64,000 bases of DNA from Torpedo marmorata (taxonomy: Eukaryota). Shown one piece after another: positions 28,501-43,500 of the stretch. A program made the position numbers and the translations under genes. Under the pieces are notes generated by a model. That model was not told the origin of the DNA, made no database searches, and saw only the letters and a list, made by a program, of their open reading frames with translations. Positions within the stretch are counted from its first letter, which is position 1, and every line of letters starts with the position of its first letter. The DNA lies in assembly GCA_977017645.1 (NCBI GenBank), contig OZ360252.1, forward strand, positions 36,952,001 through 37,016,000. The letters run 5' to 3'.

Positions 28501-31500
28501 TTTTTTTACCTGATGTCGTGGTGCAGCGGGGTTATTTACCCGGTACGTGGTGCAGTGGGGTTATTTATCCGGTGTCATGGTGCGGTGGGGTTATTTAGCT
28601 GGTGTCGTGATGCAGGGTGTTATTTACCCGGTGTCGCGGTGCGGTGGGGTTATTTATCCGGTGTTGTGGTGTGGTGGGGTTGTTTATCCGGTGTCGCGGT
28701 GCGGTGGGGTTATTTATCCGGTGTTGTGGTGTGGTGGGGTTATTTATCTGGTGTGGTGGGGTTATTTACCCGGTGTCGTGGTGTGGTGGTGTTATTTATC
28801 CGGTGTCGCGGTGTGGTGGGGTTATTTATCCGGTGTCGCGGTGGGGTGGGGTTATTTAGCCGGTGTCACGGTGCGGTGGGGTTATTTATCCGGTGTCGTG
28901 GTGCGGGTGTTATTTACCCGGTGTCGCGGTGCGGTGGGGTTATTTACCCGGTGTCGCGGTGTGGTGGGGTTATTTAGCCGGTGTCGTGGTGCGGGGTGTT
29001 ATTTACCCGGTGTCGTGGTGCGGTGGGGTTATTTAACCGGTGTCGCGGTGCGGTGGGGTTATTTACCCGGTGTCGTGGTGCGGGGTGTTATTTACCCGGT
29101 GTCGCGGTGCGGTGGGGTTATTTACCCGATGTCGTGGTGTGGTGGGGTTATTTACCCGGTGTCGCGGTGCGGTGGGTTTATTTAGCCGGTGTCGCAGTGC
29201 GGTGGGGTTATTTATCTGGTGTCGTGGTGCGGGGTGTTATTTACCCAGTGTCGCGGTGCGGTGGGGTTATTTATCCGGTGTCACGGTGCGGTGGGGTTAT
29301 TTAACCGGTGTCCTGGTGCCGTGGGGTTATTTATCCGGTGTTGTGGTGCGGTGGGGTTATTTATCCGGTGTCGTGGTGCGGGGTGTTATTTACCCAGTGT
29401 CATGGTGTGGGGAGGTGATTTACTCGGTGTCGTAGAGCAGGGGTTTATTTACCTGGTGTCGCCATGCGGGGGAGTTATTTATCCAGTGTCGCGGTGCGGG
29501 AGGGTTATTTACCCTGTGTCGCGGTGTGGGTGGGTTATTTACGCGGTGTCACGGTGTTTGTTGGGTTACTTACCCGGTGTCGCTGTGCAGGGGCGTTATT
29601 TATCCGGTGTTGCGGTGCGGGGGGTATTTACCCAGTGTTGCTGTGCGGGGGAGTTATTTACCCAATGTCGCGGTATAGGGGGTGTTTACCCAGTGCCGCG
29701 GCGCGGGGTTGGGTTATTTAACTGTTTTCGCGGTGTAAGGGGGTATTTAACCGGTGTTGCAGTGCGTGGGTTACTTACCCGATGTCGCGTTGCGGGGATT
29801 ATTTTTCCGGTGTCGTTGTGCGGGGTGGGGTATTTACCAGGTGACGCGGTGCGGGTGGGTTATTTCCGCGGTGTTGTGGTGCGGGATGGGTTATTTACCC
29901 AGTGTCACGGTGTGGGGTGGGTTATTTATCCAGTGTCGTGGTGCGGGGAGTTTATTTACCAGTGTCGCGGTGCGGGGGGTTATTTACCGGGTGTCACGGT
30001 AGGGGGATTTATTTATCCGGTGTCGTGGTGCGGGGTGGGTTATTTACCCAGTGTCACGGTGTGGGGTGGGCTATTTACCCGGTGTCGTGGTGCGGGTGGG
30101 TTATTTATCCGGTGTCGTGGTGCGGGGTGTTATTTACCCGGTGTCATGCTGCGGGGAGGTTATTTACCCGGTATCACAGTGCGGGGGGGTTATTTACCCG
30201 GTGCCGCGATGCGGGTGCATTATTTACCCAGTTTGCTGGTGCAGGTTTTTTTTTACCATATGTCGTGGTGCAGGGGGGTTACTTACTCGGTGTCGCGGAG
30301 CGGGGGATTATTTACCTTGTGTCGTGGTGCGGGGGGGTTATTTACCCGGTGTCGTGGTGAGGGTGGGTTATTTACGCGGTGTCACGTTGTTTGGTCGGTT
30401 ACTTACCCAGTGTCGCTGTGCGGGGGAGTTATTTACCCAAAGTCGCGGTGCGGTGGGTGTTTAACAAGTGTCGCGGCGTGGGGTTGGGTTATTTAACAGT
30501 TTTCACGGTGCAAGGGGGTATTTAACCGCTGTTGCAGTGCAGGGGTTATTTACCCGGTGTCGCGATGCGCGGGTTATTTACCCGGTGTCGCGATGCAAGG
30601 GTTATATACCCGGTGTCGCGATGCGGGGGTTATTTACCCAGTGTCGTGATGCGGGGGTTATTTACCCGGTGTCGCGATGCGGGTGCATTATTTACCCAGT
30701 TTGCTGGTGCAAGTTTTTTTTTTACCAGATGTCGTGGTGCAGGGGGGTTATTTACCCGGTACGCGTGCGATGGGATTATTTATCCGGTGTCGTGGTGCGG
30801 TGGGGTTATTTACCCGGTGTCGTGGTGCGGGGTGCTATTTACCCGGTGTCGCGGTGCGGCTGGGTTATTTGCCCGGTGTCGCGGTGAGGGTGGGTTATTT
30901 ACCTAGTGGCGCGGTGCGGTGTAGGTTATTTACGCAATGTTGCGTTGCGTGTGGGTGAAATATACGGTGTTGCGGTGCTGAGTGGGTTATTTACCCACTG
31001 TTGCGGTGCAGGGGTTATTTACCCGGTGTCGTAGTGCCGGGGAGTTATTTACCCAGTGTCATGGTGTGGGGAGGTTATTTACTCGGTGTCGCGGAGCGTG
31101 GGTTATTTACCTGGTGTCGCGGTGCGGGGGGGTTATTTACCCAGTGTCGTGGTGAGTGTGGGTTATTTACGCGGTGTCACGGTGTTTGGTGGGTTACTTA
31201 CCCGGTGTCGCTGTGCAGGGGCGTTATTTACCCGGTGTTGCGGTGCGGGGGCTATTTACCCAGTGTCGCTGTGCGAGGGAGTTATTTACCCGGTGTCATG
31301 GTGCGGGGGGCTATTTACCCAGTGTCGTGGAACGGGTGGGTTATTTACCCAGTGTCGCGGTGAGGGTTGGTTATTTACCCAGTGTCGTGGTGCGGGTGGG
31401 TTATTTACGCGGTGTCGCGGTGAGGGTGGGTTATTTAAGCGGTGTCACAGTGTTGGGTGGGTTACTTACCCGATGTCGCTGTGCAGCGGCGTTATTTACC

Positions 31501-34500
31501 CGGTGTTGCGGTGTGGGGGAGTTATTTACCCAGTATCGTGATGCGGTGGGTGTTTACCCAGTGTTGCTGTGCGGGGTTGGTTATATAACTGTTTTCGCGG
31601 TGCAAGGGGATATTTAACCGGTGTTGCAATGTTGGGGTATTTACCCGATGTCACGGTGCAGTGGTTATTTACCCGGTGTCGCGATGCGGGGGCATTATTT
31701 ACCCAGTTTGCTGGTGCAGGGTTTTTTTTACCTGATGTCGTGGTGCAGCGGGGTTATTTACCCGGTACGTGGTGCGGTGGGGTTATTTATCCGGTGTCAT
31801 GGTGCGGTGGGGTTATTTAGCTGGTGTCGTGATGCAGGGTGTTATTTACCCGGTGTCGCGGTGCGGTGGGGTTATTTATCCGGTGTCGAGGTGCGGTGGG
31901 GTTATTTATCCGGTGTTGTGGTGCGGTGGGGTTATTTATCCGGTGTCGTGGTGTGGTGGGGTTATTTATCCGGTGTTGTGGTGTGGTGGGGTTATTTATC
32001 CGGTGTTGTGGTGTGGTGGGGTTATTTAGCTGGTGTCGTGGTGCAGGGTGTTATTTACCCGGTGTCGCGGTGCGGTGGGGTTATTTATCTGGTGTCGTGG
32101 TGCTGGGTGTTATTTACCCGGTGTCGTGGTGTGGTGGAGTTATTTATCCGGTGTCGCGGTGTGGTGGGGTTATTTATCCGGTGTCGCGGTGGGGTGGGGT
32201 TATTTAGCCGGTGTCGCGGTGCGGTGTGGTTATTTATCCGGTGTCGTGGTGCGGGTGTTATTTAACCGGTGTCGCGGTGCGGTGGGGTTATTTACCCGGT
32301 GTCGCGGTGTGGTGGGGTTATTTAGCCGGTGTCGTGGTGCGGGGTGTTATTTACCCGGTGTCGCGGCGCGGTGGGGTTATTTAACCGGTGTCGCGGTGCG
32401 GTGGGGTTATTTACCCGGTGTCGTGGTGCGGGGTGTTATTTACCCGGTGTCGCGGTGCGGTGGGGTTATTTATCCGGTGTCACGGTGCGGTGGGGTTATT
32501 TACCCGGTGTCCTGGTGCCGTGGGGTTATTTATCCGGTGTTGTGGTGCGGTGGGGTTATTTATCCGGTGTCGTGGTGCGGGGTGTTATTTACCCAGTGTC
32601 ATGGTGTGGGGAGGTTATTTACTCGGTGTCATAGAGCGGGGGTTTATTTACCTGGTGTCGCCGTGCGGGGGAGTTATTTATCCAGTGTTGCGGTGCGGGA
32701 GGGTTATTTACCCTGTGTCGCGGTGTGGGTGGGTTATTTACGCGGTGTCACGGTGTTTGTTGGGTTACTTACCCGGTGTCGCTGTGCAGGGGCGTTATTT
32801 ATCCGGTGTTGCGGTGCGGGGGGTATTTACCCAGTGTCGCTGTGCGGGGGAGTTATTTACCCAATGTCGCGGTATAAGGGGTGTTTACCCAGTGTCGCGG
32901 CGCGGGGTTGGGTTATTTAACTGTTTTCGCGGTGTAAGGGGGTATTTAACCGGTGTTGCAGTGCGTGGGTTACTTACCCGATGTCGCGTTGCGGGGATTA
33001 TTTTTCCGGTGTCGCGGTGCGGGGTGGGGTATTTACCAGGTGACGCGGTGCGGGTGGGTTATTTCCGCGGTGTTGTGGTGCGGGATGGGTTATTTACCCA
33101 GTGTCACGGTGTGGGGTGGGTTATTTATCCAGTGTCGTGGTGCGGGGAGTTTATTTACCAGTGTCGCGGTGCGGGGGGTTATTTACCGGGTGTCACGGTA
33201 GGGGGATTTATTTATCCGGTGTCGTGGTGCGGGGTGGGTTATTTACCCAGTGTCACGGTGTGGGGTGGGCTATTTACCCGGTGTCGTTGTGCGGGTGGGT
33301 TATTTACCCAGTGTCGCGGTGAGGATGGGTTATTTACCCAGTGTTGCAGTGAGGGTGGATTATTTACCCAGTGTCGCAGTGAGGGTGGGTTATTTACCCA
33401 GTGTCACGGTGAGGGTGGGTTATTTACGCGGTGTCACGGTGTTTGGTGGGTTACTTACCCGGTGTCACTGTGCAGGCCCGTTATTTACCCGGTGTTGTGG
33501 TGCTGGGGGTATTTACCCAGTGTCGCTGTGCGGGGGAGTTATTTACCCAATGTCGCAGTGCGGGGAGTGTTTACCCGGTGTCGTGGAGCGGGGGTGGGTT
33601 ACTTAACTGTTTTCGCGGTGCAAGTGTTTATTTAACCAGTGTTGCAGTGCGGGGGTATTTACCCGATGTCGTGATGCGGGGGTTATTTACCCAGTGTCGC
33701 AATGCGGCGGCATTATTTACCCAGTTTGCTGGTGCAGGGCTTTTTTTTTACCAGATGTCGTGGTGCAGGGGGGTTATTTACCCGGTACACGGTGCGGTTG
33801 GGTTATTTATCCGGTGTCGTGGTGCGGTGGGGTTATTTATCCGGTGTCGTGGTGCGGGGTGTTATTTACCCGGTGTCATGCTGCGGGGAGGTTATTTACC
33901 CGGTATCACAGTGCGGGGGTGTTATTTACCTGGTGTCGCGGTGCAGGGGGTTCATTACCCGGTGTCGCGGTGTTGGGAGGTTATTTACCCGGTGTTGAGG
34001 TGCGGGGCGGGTATTTACCCAGTGTCGCGGTGCGGGGGGCTATTTACCCGGTGTCGCGGTGCAGGGGCGTTATTTAACCAGTGTTGCGGTGCGGGGGGTA
34101 TTTACCCAGTGTCGCTGTGCGGGGGAGTTATTTACCCAATGTCGCAGTACAGGGGGTGTTTACCCAGTGTCGCGGCGCGGGGTTGGGTTATTTAACTGTT
34201 TTCGCGGTGTAAGGGGGTATTTAACCGGTGTTGCGGTGCGGGGGCTATTTACCAGATGTCGCGTTGCGGGGGTTATTTACCCGGTGTCGCAATGCGGGGG
34301 TTATTTACCCGGTGTCGCGATGCGGGTGCATTAATTACCCAGTTTGATGGTGCAGGTTTTTTTTTTACCAGATGTCGTGGTGCAGGGGGGTTATTTACCC
34401 GGTACACGGTGCGGTGGGGTTATTTATCTGGTGTCATTGTGCGGGGTGTTATTTATCCGGTACGCGGTGCGGTGGGGTTATGTATCTGGTGTTGAGGTGC

Positions 34501-37500
34501 GGTGGGGTTATGTATCCGGTGTCGAGGTGCGGTGGGGTTATGTATCCGGTGTCGAGGTGCGGTGGGGTTATGTATCTGGTGTCGAGGTGCGGTGGGGTTA
34601 TGTATCCGGTGTCGTGGTGCTGGGTGTTATTTACCAGGTGTCATGGTACGGGGGATTATTTACCTGGTGTCGCAGTGCGGGGAGGTTATTTATCCGGTGT
34701 CGTAGTGCGGGGAGGTTATTTACCTAGTGTCACGGTGGGGGGATTTATTTATCCGGTGTCGTGGTGCGTTGGGGTTATTTATCCGGTGTCGTGGTGCGTT
34801 GGGGTTATTTATCCGGTGTCGTGGTGCGGGGTGTTATTTACCCAGTGTCATGGCGTGTGGACGTTATTTACCCGGTGTCGCGGAGCGGGAGGTTATTTAC
34901 CTGGTGTCATGGTGCGGGGGGGTTATTTACCCGGTGTCGTGGTGAGGGTGGGTTATTTACGCGGTGTCACGGTGTTTGGTGGGTTACTTGCCCGGTGTCA
35001 CTGTGCAGGGGCGTTATATTCCTGGTGTTGCGGTGCGGGGGGTATTGACCCAGTGTTGCTGTGCGGGGGAGTTATTTACCCAATGTCGCGGTGCGGGAGG
35101 TGTTTACCCAGTGTCGCGGCGCTGGGTTGGGTTATTTAACTGTTTTCGCAGTGCAGGGGGTTATTTACCCAGTGTTGCGGTACGGGTGTGTTATTTACTC
35201 GGTGTTGCGATGCGGGTGGGTTATTTACCCAGTGTCACGGTGCAGGTGGGTTATTTACCCGTTGTCTCGGTGCGGGGGGGTTATTTACCCGGTATTGTTG
35301 TGCGGGGTGGGGGGTGTATTTTCCCAGTGTTGTGGTGCGGATTGGGTTATTTACCCGGTGTTGCGGTGAGGGGGGCTATTTACCCGCTGTCGCGGTGCGG
35401 GTGGGTTATTTACCCAGTGTTGAGGTGCGGGGTTATTTACCTGGTGTTGCGGTAAGGGATGGGTTATTTACCCGATGTTGCGGTGCGGGGGGCTATTTAC
35501 CTGGTTTCGTGGTGCGGGTGGGTTATTTACCCAGTGTCACGGTGCGGGGTGGGTTATTTACACAGTGTCGCTGTGCGGGGTGGGTTATTTACGCAGTGTC
35601 GCTGTGCTGGGGGCTATTTACCCAGTGTCGCGTTGAGGGTGGGTTATTTACCCAGTGTCGCGGTGAGGGTGGGTTATTTACCCAGTGTCGCGGTGAGGGT
35701 GGGTTATTTACGGTGGTGTCACGGTGTTTGGTGGGTTACTTACCCGGTGTCGCTGTGCAGGGGCGTTATTTACCCAATGTCGCGATACGGGGGGTGTTTC
35801 CCCAGTGTCGCGGCGCGGAGTTGGTTATTTAACTGTTTTCGCGGTGTAAGGGGGTATTTAACCGGTGTTGCAGTGCGGGTGTTATTTACCCGATGTCGCC
35901 TTGCGGGGGTTATTTACCCGGTGTCGCGATGCGGGGGCATTATTTACCCAGTTTGCTGGTGCAGGTTTTTTTTAACCAGATTTCGTGGTGCAGGTGGGTT
36001 ATTTACCCGGTGTCATGGTGCGGGGTGCTATTTACCCGGTGCTGTTGTGCGGAGTGGGGAGGGTGTATTTACCCAGTGTTGCGGTGCGGATTGGGTTATT
36101 TACCCGGTGTTGCGGTGCGGGGTGCTATTTACCCAGTGTCACGGTGCGGGTGGGTTATTTACCCGGTGTTGCTGTAAGGGATGGGTTATTTACCCGGTGT
36201 CATGGTGCGGGGTGCTATTTACCCGGTGCTGTTGTGCGGAGTGGGGAGGGTGTATTTACCCAGTGTTGCGGTGCGGATTGGGTTATTTACCCGGTGTTGC
36301 GGTGCGGGGTGCTATTTACCCAGTGTCACGGTGCGGGTGGGTTATTTACCCGGTGTTGCTGTAAGGGATGGGTTATTTACCCGGTGTCATGGTGCGGGGT
36401 GCTATTTACCCGGTGCTGTTGTGCGGAGTGGGGAGGGTGTATTTACCCAGTGTTGCGGTGCGGATTGGGTTATTTACCCGGTGTTGCGGTGCGGGGTGCT
36501 ATTTACCCAGTGTCACGGTGCGGGTGGGTTATTTACCCGGTGTTGCTGTAAGGGATGGGTTATTTACCCGTTGTTGCGGTGCGGGGGGCTATTTACCTGG
36601 TGTCGTGGTGCGGGTGGGTTATTTACCCATTCTCGCGGTGCGGGGTGGGTTATTTACGCAGTGTCGCTGTGCGGGGGGCTATTTACCCAGTGTCGCGGTG
36701 AGGGTGGGTTATTTACCCAGTGTCGCAGTGAGGGTGGGTTATTTACCCAGTGTCACGGTGAGGGTGGGTTATTTACGCGGTGTCACGGTGTTTGGTGGGT
36801 TACTTACCCGGTGTCACTGTGCAGGCCCGTTATTTACCCGGTGTTGTGGTGCGGGGGGTATTTACCCAGTGTCGCTGTGCGGGGGAGTTATTTACCCAAT
36901 GTCGCAGTGCGGGGAGTGTTTACCCGGTGTCGTGGAGAGGGGGTGGGTTACTTAACTGTTTTCGCGGTGCAAGTGGTTATTTAACCAGTGTTGCAGTGCG
37001 GGGGTATTTACCCGATGTCGTGATGCGGGGGCATTATTTACCCAGTTTGCTGGTGCAGGGCTTTTTTTTTTACCAGATGTCGTGGTGCAGGGGGGTTATT
37101 TACCCGGTACACGGTGCGGTTGGGTTATTTATCCGGTGTCGTGGTGCGGTGGGGTTATTTATCCGGTGTCGTGGTGCGGGGTGTTATTTACCCGGTGTCA
37201 TGCTGCGGGGAGGTTATTTACCCGGTATCACAGTGCTGGGGGGTTATTTACCTGGTGTCGCGGTGCAGGGGGTTCATTACCCGGTGTCGCGGTGTTGGGA
37301 GGTTATTTACCTGGTGTTGAGGTGCGGGGCGGGTATTTACCCAGTGTCGCGGTGCGGGGGGCTATTTACCCGGTGTCGCGGTGCAGAGGCGTTATTTAAC
37401 CGGTGTTGCGGTGCGGGGGGTATTTACCCAGTGTCGCTGTGCGGGGGAGTTATTTACCCAATGTCGCAGTACAGGGGGTGTTTACCCAGTGTCGCGGCGC

Positions 37501-40500
37501 GGGGTTGGGTTATTTAACTGTTTTCGCGGTGTAAGGGGGTATTTAACCGGTGTTGCGGTGCGGGGGCTATTTACCAGATGTCGCGTTGCGGGGGTTATTT
37601 ACCCGGTGTCGCGATGCGGGGGTTATTTACCCGGTGTCGCGATGCGGGTGCATTAATTACCCAGTTTGATGGTGCCGTTTTTTTTTACCAGATGTCGTGG
37701 TGCAGGGGGGTTATTTACCCGGTACACGGTGCGGTGGGGTTATTTATCTGGTGTCATTGTACGGGGTGTTATTTATCCGGTACGCGGTGCGGTGGGGTTA
37801 TGTATCTGGTGTCGAGGTGCGGTGGGGTTATGTATCCGGTGTCGAGGTGCGGTGGGGTTATGTATCCGGTGTCGAGGTGCGGTGGGGTTATGTATCCGGT
37901 GTCGAGGTGCGGTGGGGTTATGTATCCGGTGTCGTGGTGCTGGGTGTTATTTACCAGGTGTCATGGTACGCGGGATTATTTACCTGGTGTCGCAGTGCGG
38001 GGAGGTTATTTATCCGGTGTCGTAGTGCGGGGAGGTTATTTACCTGGTGTCACGGTGGGGGGATTTATTTATCCGGTGTCGTGGTGCGTTGGGGTTATTT
38101 ATCCGGTGTCGTGGTGCGTTGGGGTTATTTATCCGGTGTCGTGGTGTGGGGTGTTATTTACCCAGTGTCATGGCGTGTGGACGTTATTTACCCGGTGTCG
38201 CGGAGCGGGAGGTTATTTACCTGGTGTCATGGTGCGGGGGGGTTATTTCCCCGTTGTCGCGGTGCGGGTGGGTTATTTACCTAGTGGCGCGGTGCGGTGT
38301 GGGTTATTTACGCAATGTCGCGTTGCGGGTGGGTTATATATACGGTGTTGCGGTGCTGAGTGGGTTATTTACCCGCTGTTGCGGTGCAGGGGTTATTTAC
38401 CCGGTGTCGTAGTGCGGGGGAGTTATTTACCCAGTGTCATGGTGTGGGGAGGTTATTTACTCGGTGTCGCGGAGCGGGGGGTTATTTACCTGGTGTCGCG
38501 GTGCGGGGGGGTTATTTACCCAGTGTCGTGGTGAGTGTGGGTTATTTACGCGGTGTCACGTTGTTTGGTGGGTTACTTACCCGGTGTCACTGTGCAGGGG
38601 CGTTATTTACCCGGTGTTGCGGTGCGGGGGGTATTTACCCAGTGTTGCTGTGCGGGGGAGTTATTTACCCGGTGTCATGGTGCGGGGGGCTATTTACCCA
38701 GTGTCGTGGAACGGGTGGGTTATTTACCCAGTGTCGCGGTGAGGGTTGGTTATTTACCCAGTGTCGTGGAACGGGTGGGTTATTTACCCAGTGTCGCGGT
38801 GAGGGTTGGTTATTTACCCAGTGTCGTGGTGCGGGTGGGTTATTTACGCGGTGTCGCGGTGAGGGTGGGTTATTTAAGCGGTGTCACAGTGTTGGGTGGG
38901 TTACTTACCCGGTGTCGCTGTGCAGCGGTGTTATTTACCCGGTGTTACGGTGCGGGGGGTATTTACCCAGTGTCGCTGTGCGGGGGAGTTATTTACCCAG
39001 TATCGTGGTGCGGTGGGTGTTTACCCAGTGTCGCTGCGCGGGGTTGGTTATATAACTGTTTTCGCGGTGCAAGGGGATATTTAACCGGTGTTGCAATGTT
39101 GGGGTATTTACCCGATATCACGGTGCAGTGGTTATTTACCCGGTGTCGCGATGCGGGGGCATTATTTACCCAGTTTGCTGGTGCAGGGTTTTTTTTACCT
39201 GATGTCGTGGTGCAGCGGGGTTATTTACCCGGTACGTGGTGCGGTGGGGTTATTTAGCTGGTGTCGTGGTGCAGGGTGTTATTTACCTGGTGTCGCGGTG
39301 CGGTGGGGTTATTTATCCGGTGGTGCGGTGGGGTTATTTATCTGGTGTCGCGGTGCGGTGGGGTTATTTATCCGGTGTTGTGGTGCGGTGGGGTTATTTA
39401 TCCGGTGTTGTGGTGTGGTGGGGTTATTTATCCGGTGTTGTGGTGTGGTGGGGTTATTTATCCGGTGTCGCGGTGCGGTGGGGTTATTTATCCGGTGGTG
39501 TGGTGGGGTTATTTATCCGGTGTTGTGGTGCGGTGGGGTTATTTATCCGGTGTTGTGGTGTGGTGGGGTTATTTATCCGGTGTTGTGGTGTGGTGGGGTT
39601 ATTTATCCAGTGTCGCGGTGCGGTGGGGTTATTTATCCGGTGTTGTGGTGTGGTGGGGTTATTTAGCTGGTGTCGTGGTGCAGGGTGTTATTTACCCGGT
39701 GTCGCGGTGCTGTGGGGTTATTTATCTGGTGTCGTGGTGCGGGTGTTATTTACCCGGTGTCGTGGTGTGGTGGGGTTATTTATCTGGTGTCGCGGTATGG
39801 TGGGATTATTTTTCCGGTGTCGCGGTGGGGTGGGGTTATTTAACCGGTGTCGCGGTGCGGTGGGGTTATTTACCCGGTGTCGTGGTGCGGGTGTTATTTA
39901 CCCGGTGTCACGGTGCGGTGGGGTTATTTACCCGGTGTCGCAGTGTGGTGGGGTTATTTAGCCGGTGTCGTGGTGCGGGGTGTTATTTACCCAGTGTCGC
40001 GGTGCGGTGGGGTTATTTAACCGGTGTCGCGGTGCGGTGGGGTTATTTACCCGGTGTCGTGGTGCGGGGTGTTATTTACCCGGTGTCGCGGTGCGGTGGG
40101 GTTATTTACCCGGTGTCGAGGTGTGGTGGGGTTATTTACCCGGTGTCGCGGTGCGGTGGGTTTATTTAGCCGGTGTCGTGGTGCGGTGGGGTTATTTATC
40201 TGGTGTCGTGGTGCGGGGTGTTATTTACCCGGTGTCGTGGAGCGGGAGTGGGTTGCTTAACTGTTTTCGCAGTGCAAGTGGTTATTTAACCAGTGTTGCA
40301 GTGCGGGGGTATTTACCCGATGTCGTGATGCGGGGGTTATTTACCCAGTGTCGCGATGCGGGGGCATTATTTACCCAGTTTGCTGGTGCAGGGCTTTTTT
40401 TAACCAGATGTCGTGGTGCAGGGGGGTTATTTACCCGGTACACGGTGCGGTTGGGTTATTTATCCGGTGTCGTGGTGCGTTGGGGTTATTTATCCGGTGT

Positions 40501-43500
40501 CGTGGTGCGGGGTGTTATTTACCCGGTGTCATGCTGCGGGGAGGTTATTTACCCGGTATCACAGTGCGGGGGGGTTATTTACCTGGTGTTGCGGTGCAGG
40601 GGGTTCATTACCCGGTGTCGCGGTGTTGGGAGGTTATTTACCCGGTGTTGAGGTGCGGGGCGGGTATTTACCCAGTGACGCGGTGCGGGGGGCTATTTAC
40701 CCGGTGTCGCGGTGCGGGTGGGTTGTTTATCCAGTGTGGGGGGTTATTTACCCGGTGTCGTGGTGCGGGGTGGGTTATTTACCCGGTGTTGCGGTGCGGG
40801 GGGCTATTTACCTGGTGTCGTGGTGCGGGTGGGTTATTTACCCAGTGTTGCGGTCCGGGGGGCTATTAACCTGGTGTCGTGGTGTTGGGCGAGTATTTAC
40901 CCAGTGTCGTGGTGCTGGTGGGTTATTTACCCAGTGTTGCGGTGAGAGTGGGTTATTTACCCGGTGTCGCGGTGAGGGTTGGTTATTTACCCAGTGTCGC
41001 GGTGCAGGGGCGTTATTTACCCAATGTCGCGGTACGGGTGGGTTATTTACCTGGTGTCGCTGTGCAGGGGCGTTATTTACCCAATGTCGCGGTGCGGGGA
41101 GTGTTTACCCGGTGTCGTGGTGCGGGGGTTATTTACCCAGTGTCGCGATGCGGGGGCATTATTTACCCAGTTTGCTGATGCAGGGTTTTTTTTACCAGAT
41201 GTCGTGGTGCAGGGGGGTTATTTACCCGGTAGGCGGTGCGGTGGGTTTATTTATCCGGTGTCGTGGTGCGGTGGGGTTACTTATCTGGTGTCATGGTGCG
41301 GGGTGTTATTTACCTGGTGACACGGTGCCGTGTGGTTATTTATCCAGTGTCGTGGTGCGTGTGGTTATTTACCCGTTGTCGCGGTGCGGTGGGGTTATTT
41401 ATCCGGTGCCGCGGTGCGGTGGGGTTATTTATCTGGTGTCGTGGTGTGGGGTGTTATTTACCCGGTGTCACGGTGCGTTGGGGTTATTTACCTGGTGTCG
41501 CAGTGCGGGGAGGTTATTTATCCGGTGTCGTGATGCAGGGAAGTTATTTACCCGGTGTCGCGGTGGGGGGATTTATTTATCAGGTGTCGCGGTGCGGGGT
41601 GGGTATTTACCAGGTGTCGCCGTGCGGGTGGGTTATTTCCGAGGTGTTGTGGTGCGGGGTGGATTATTTACCCAGTGTCACGGTGTGGGGTGGGTTATTT
41701 ATCCGGTATTGTGGTGCGGTGAGGTTATTTATCGGTGTCACGGTGCGGGGGGTTATTTACTGGGTGTCATGTTGGGGGGATTTATTTATCTGGTGTCGTG
41801 GTGCGGGGTGGGTTATTTACCAAGTGTCACGGTGTGGGGTGGGCTATTTACCCGGTGTCGTGGTGCGGGTGGGTTATTTACCCAGTGTCGCGGTGAGGAT
41901 GGGTTATTTACCCAGTGTTGCAGTGAGGGTGGATTATTTACCCAGTGTCGCAGTGAGGGTGGGTTATTTACCCAGTGTCGTGGTGCGGGTGGGTTATTTA
42001 CCCAGTGTCGCGGTGAGGATGGGTTATTTACCCAGTGTTGCAGTGAGGGTGGGTTATTTACCCAGTGTCGTGGTGTGGGTGGGTTATTTACGCGGTGTCA
42101 CGGTGTTGGGTGGGTTATTTACACGGTGTCGCTGTGCAGGGGCGTTATTTACCCGGTGTTGCGGTGCGGGGGGGGTATTTACCCAGTGTTGCTGAGCGGG
42201 GGAGTTATTTACCCAATATCACGGTGCGGGGGATGTTTACCCGATGTCGTGGAGCGGGGGTGGGTTATTTAACTGTTTTCGCGGTGCAAGGGGGTATTTA
42301 ACCGGTGTTGCAGTGTGGGGGCATTTACCAGATGACGCGGTACGGGGGTTATTTACCAGGTGTCGCGATGCGGGTGCATTATTTACCCAGTTTGCTCTTG
42401 CAGGGTTTTTTTTTACCGGATGACGTGGTGTAGGGGGGTTATTTACCCGGTACGCGGTGCGGTGGGGTTATTTATCCGGTGTCGTGGTGCGGGGAGGTTA
42501 TTTACCCGGTGTCGCGGTGCGGGGGGTTATTTACCCACTGTCGCGGTGAGGGGGGGTATTTACCCGGTGTTGCGGTGCGGGGAGGTTATTTATCCGGTGT
42601 CGTAGTGCGGGTAGGTTATTTACCCAGTGTCGCGGTGGGGGGGGGGGTATTTACCCGGTGTTGCTGTGCGGGGGGCTATTTACCTGGTGTCGAGGAGCGG
42701 GTGGGTTATTTACCCAGTGTCGCAGTGAGGGTGGGTTATTTACGCAGTGTCACGGTGTTGGGTGGGTTACTTACCCGGTGTCGCTGTGCAGAGGCGTTAT
42801 TTATCCGGTTTTGCGGTGCGGGGGGTGTGTACCCAGTGTCGTGGAGCTGGGGTGGGTTATTTATCTGTTTTCGCGGTGCAAGGGGTTATTTAACCGGTGT
42901 TGCAGTGCAGGGGTATTTACCCGATGTCGCGGTGCGGGGGGTTATTGACCCGGTGTCGCGGTGGGGGGATTTATTTACGCGGTGTTGTGGTATCCGGTGT
43001 CATGGTGCGGGGTGTTATTTACGCGGTGCCGTGGTGCGGGGTGGGTTATTTATCAGGTGTCGTGGTGCGGGTGGGTTATTTACGTGGTGTTCTGGGGTGG
43101 GGTGGGTTATTTACCCAGTGTCACTGTGTGGGGTGGGTTATTTACCCGGTGTTGTGATGTGGCGGGCTATTTACCCGGTGTCGTGGAGCGGTTGGGTTAT
43201 TTACGCGGTGTCACGGTGTTGGGTGGGTTACGTACCCGGTGTCGCTGTGCAGGGGCGTTATTTACCCGGTGTTGCGGTGCGGTTGGTATTTACCCAGTGT
43301 CGCTGTGCAGGGGCGTTATTTACCCAGTGTTGCGGTGCGGGGGGTAATTACCCAGTGTCGCTGTGCGGGGGAGTTATTTACCCAGTGTCGTGGTGCGGGG
43401 GCTGTTTACCCAGTGTCACGGAGCGGGGTTGATTATTTAACTTTTCGCATTGCAAGGGGGTATTTAACCAGTGTTGCAGTGCGGGGGTATTTACCCAATG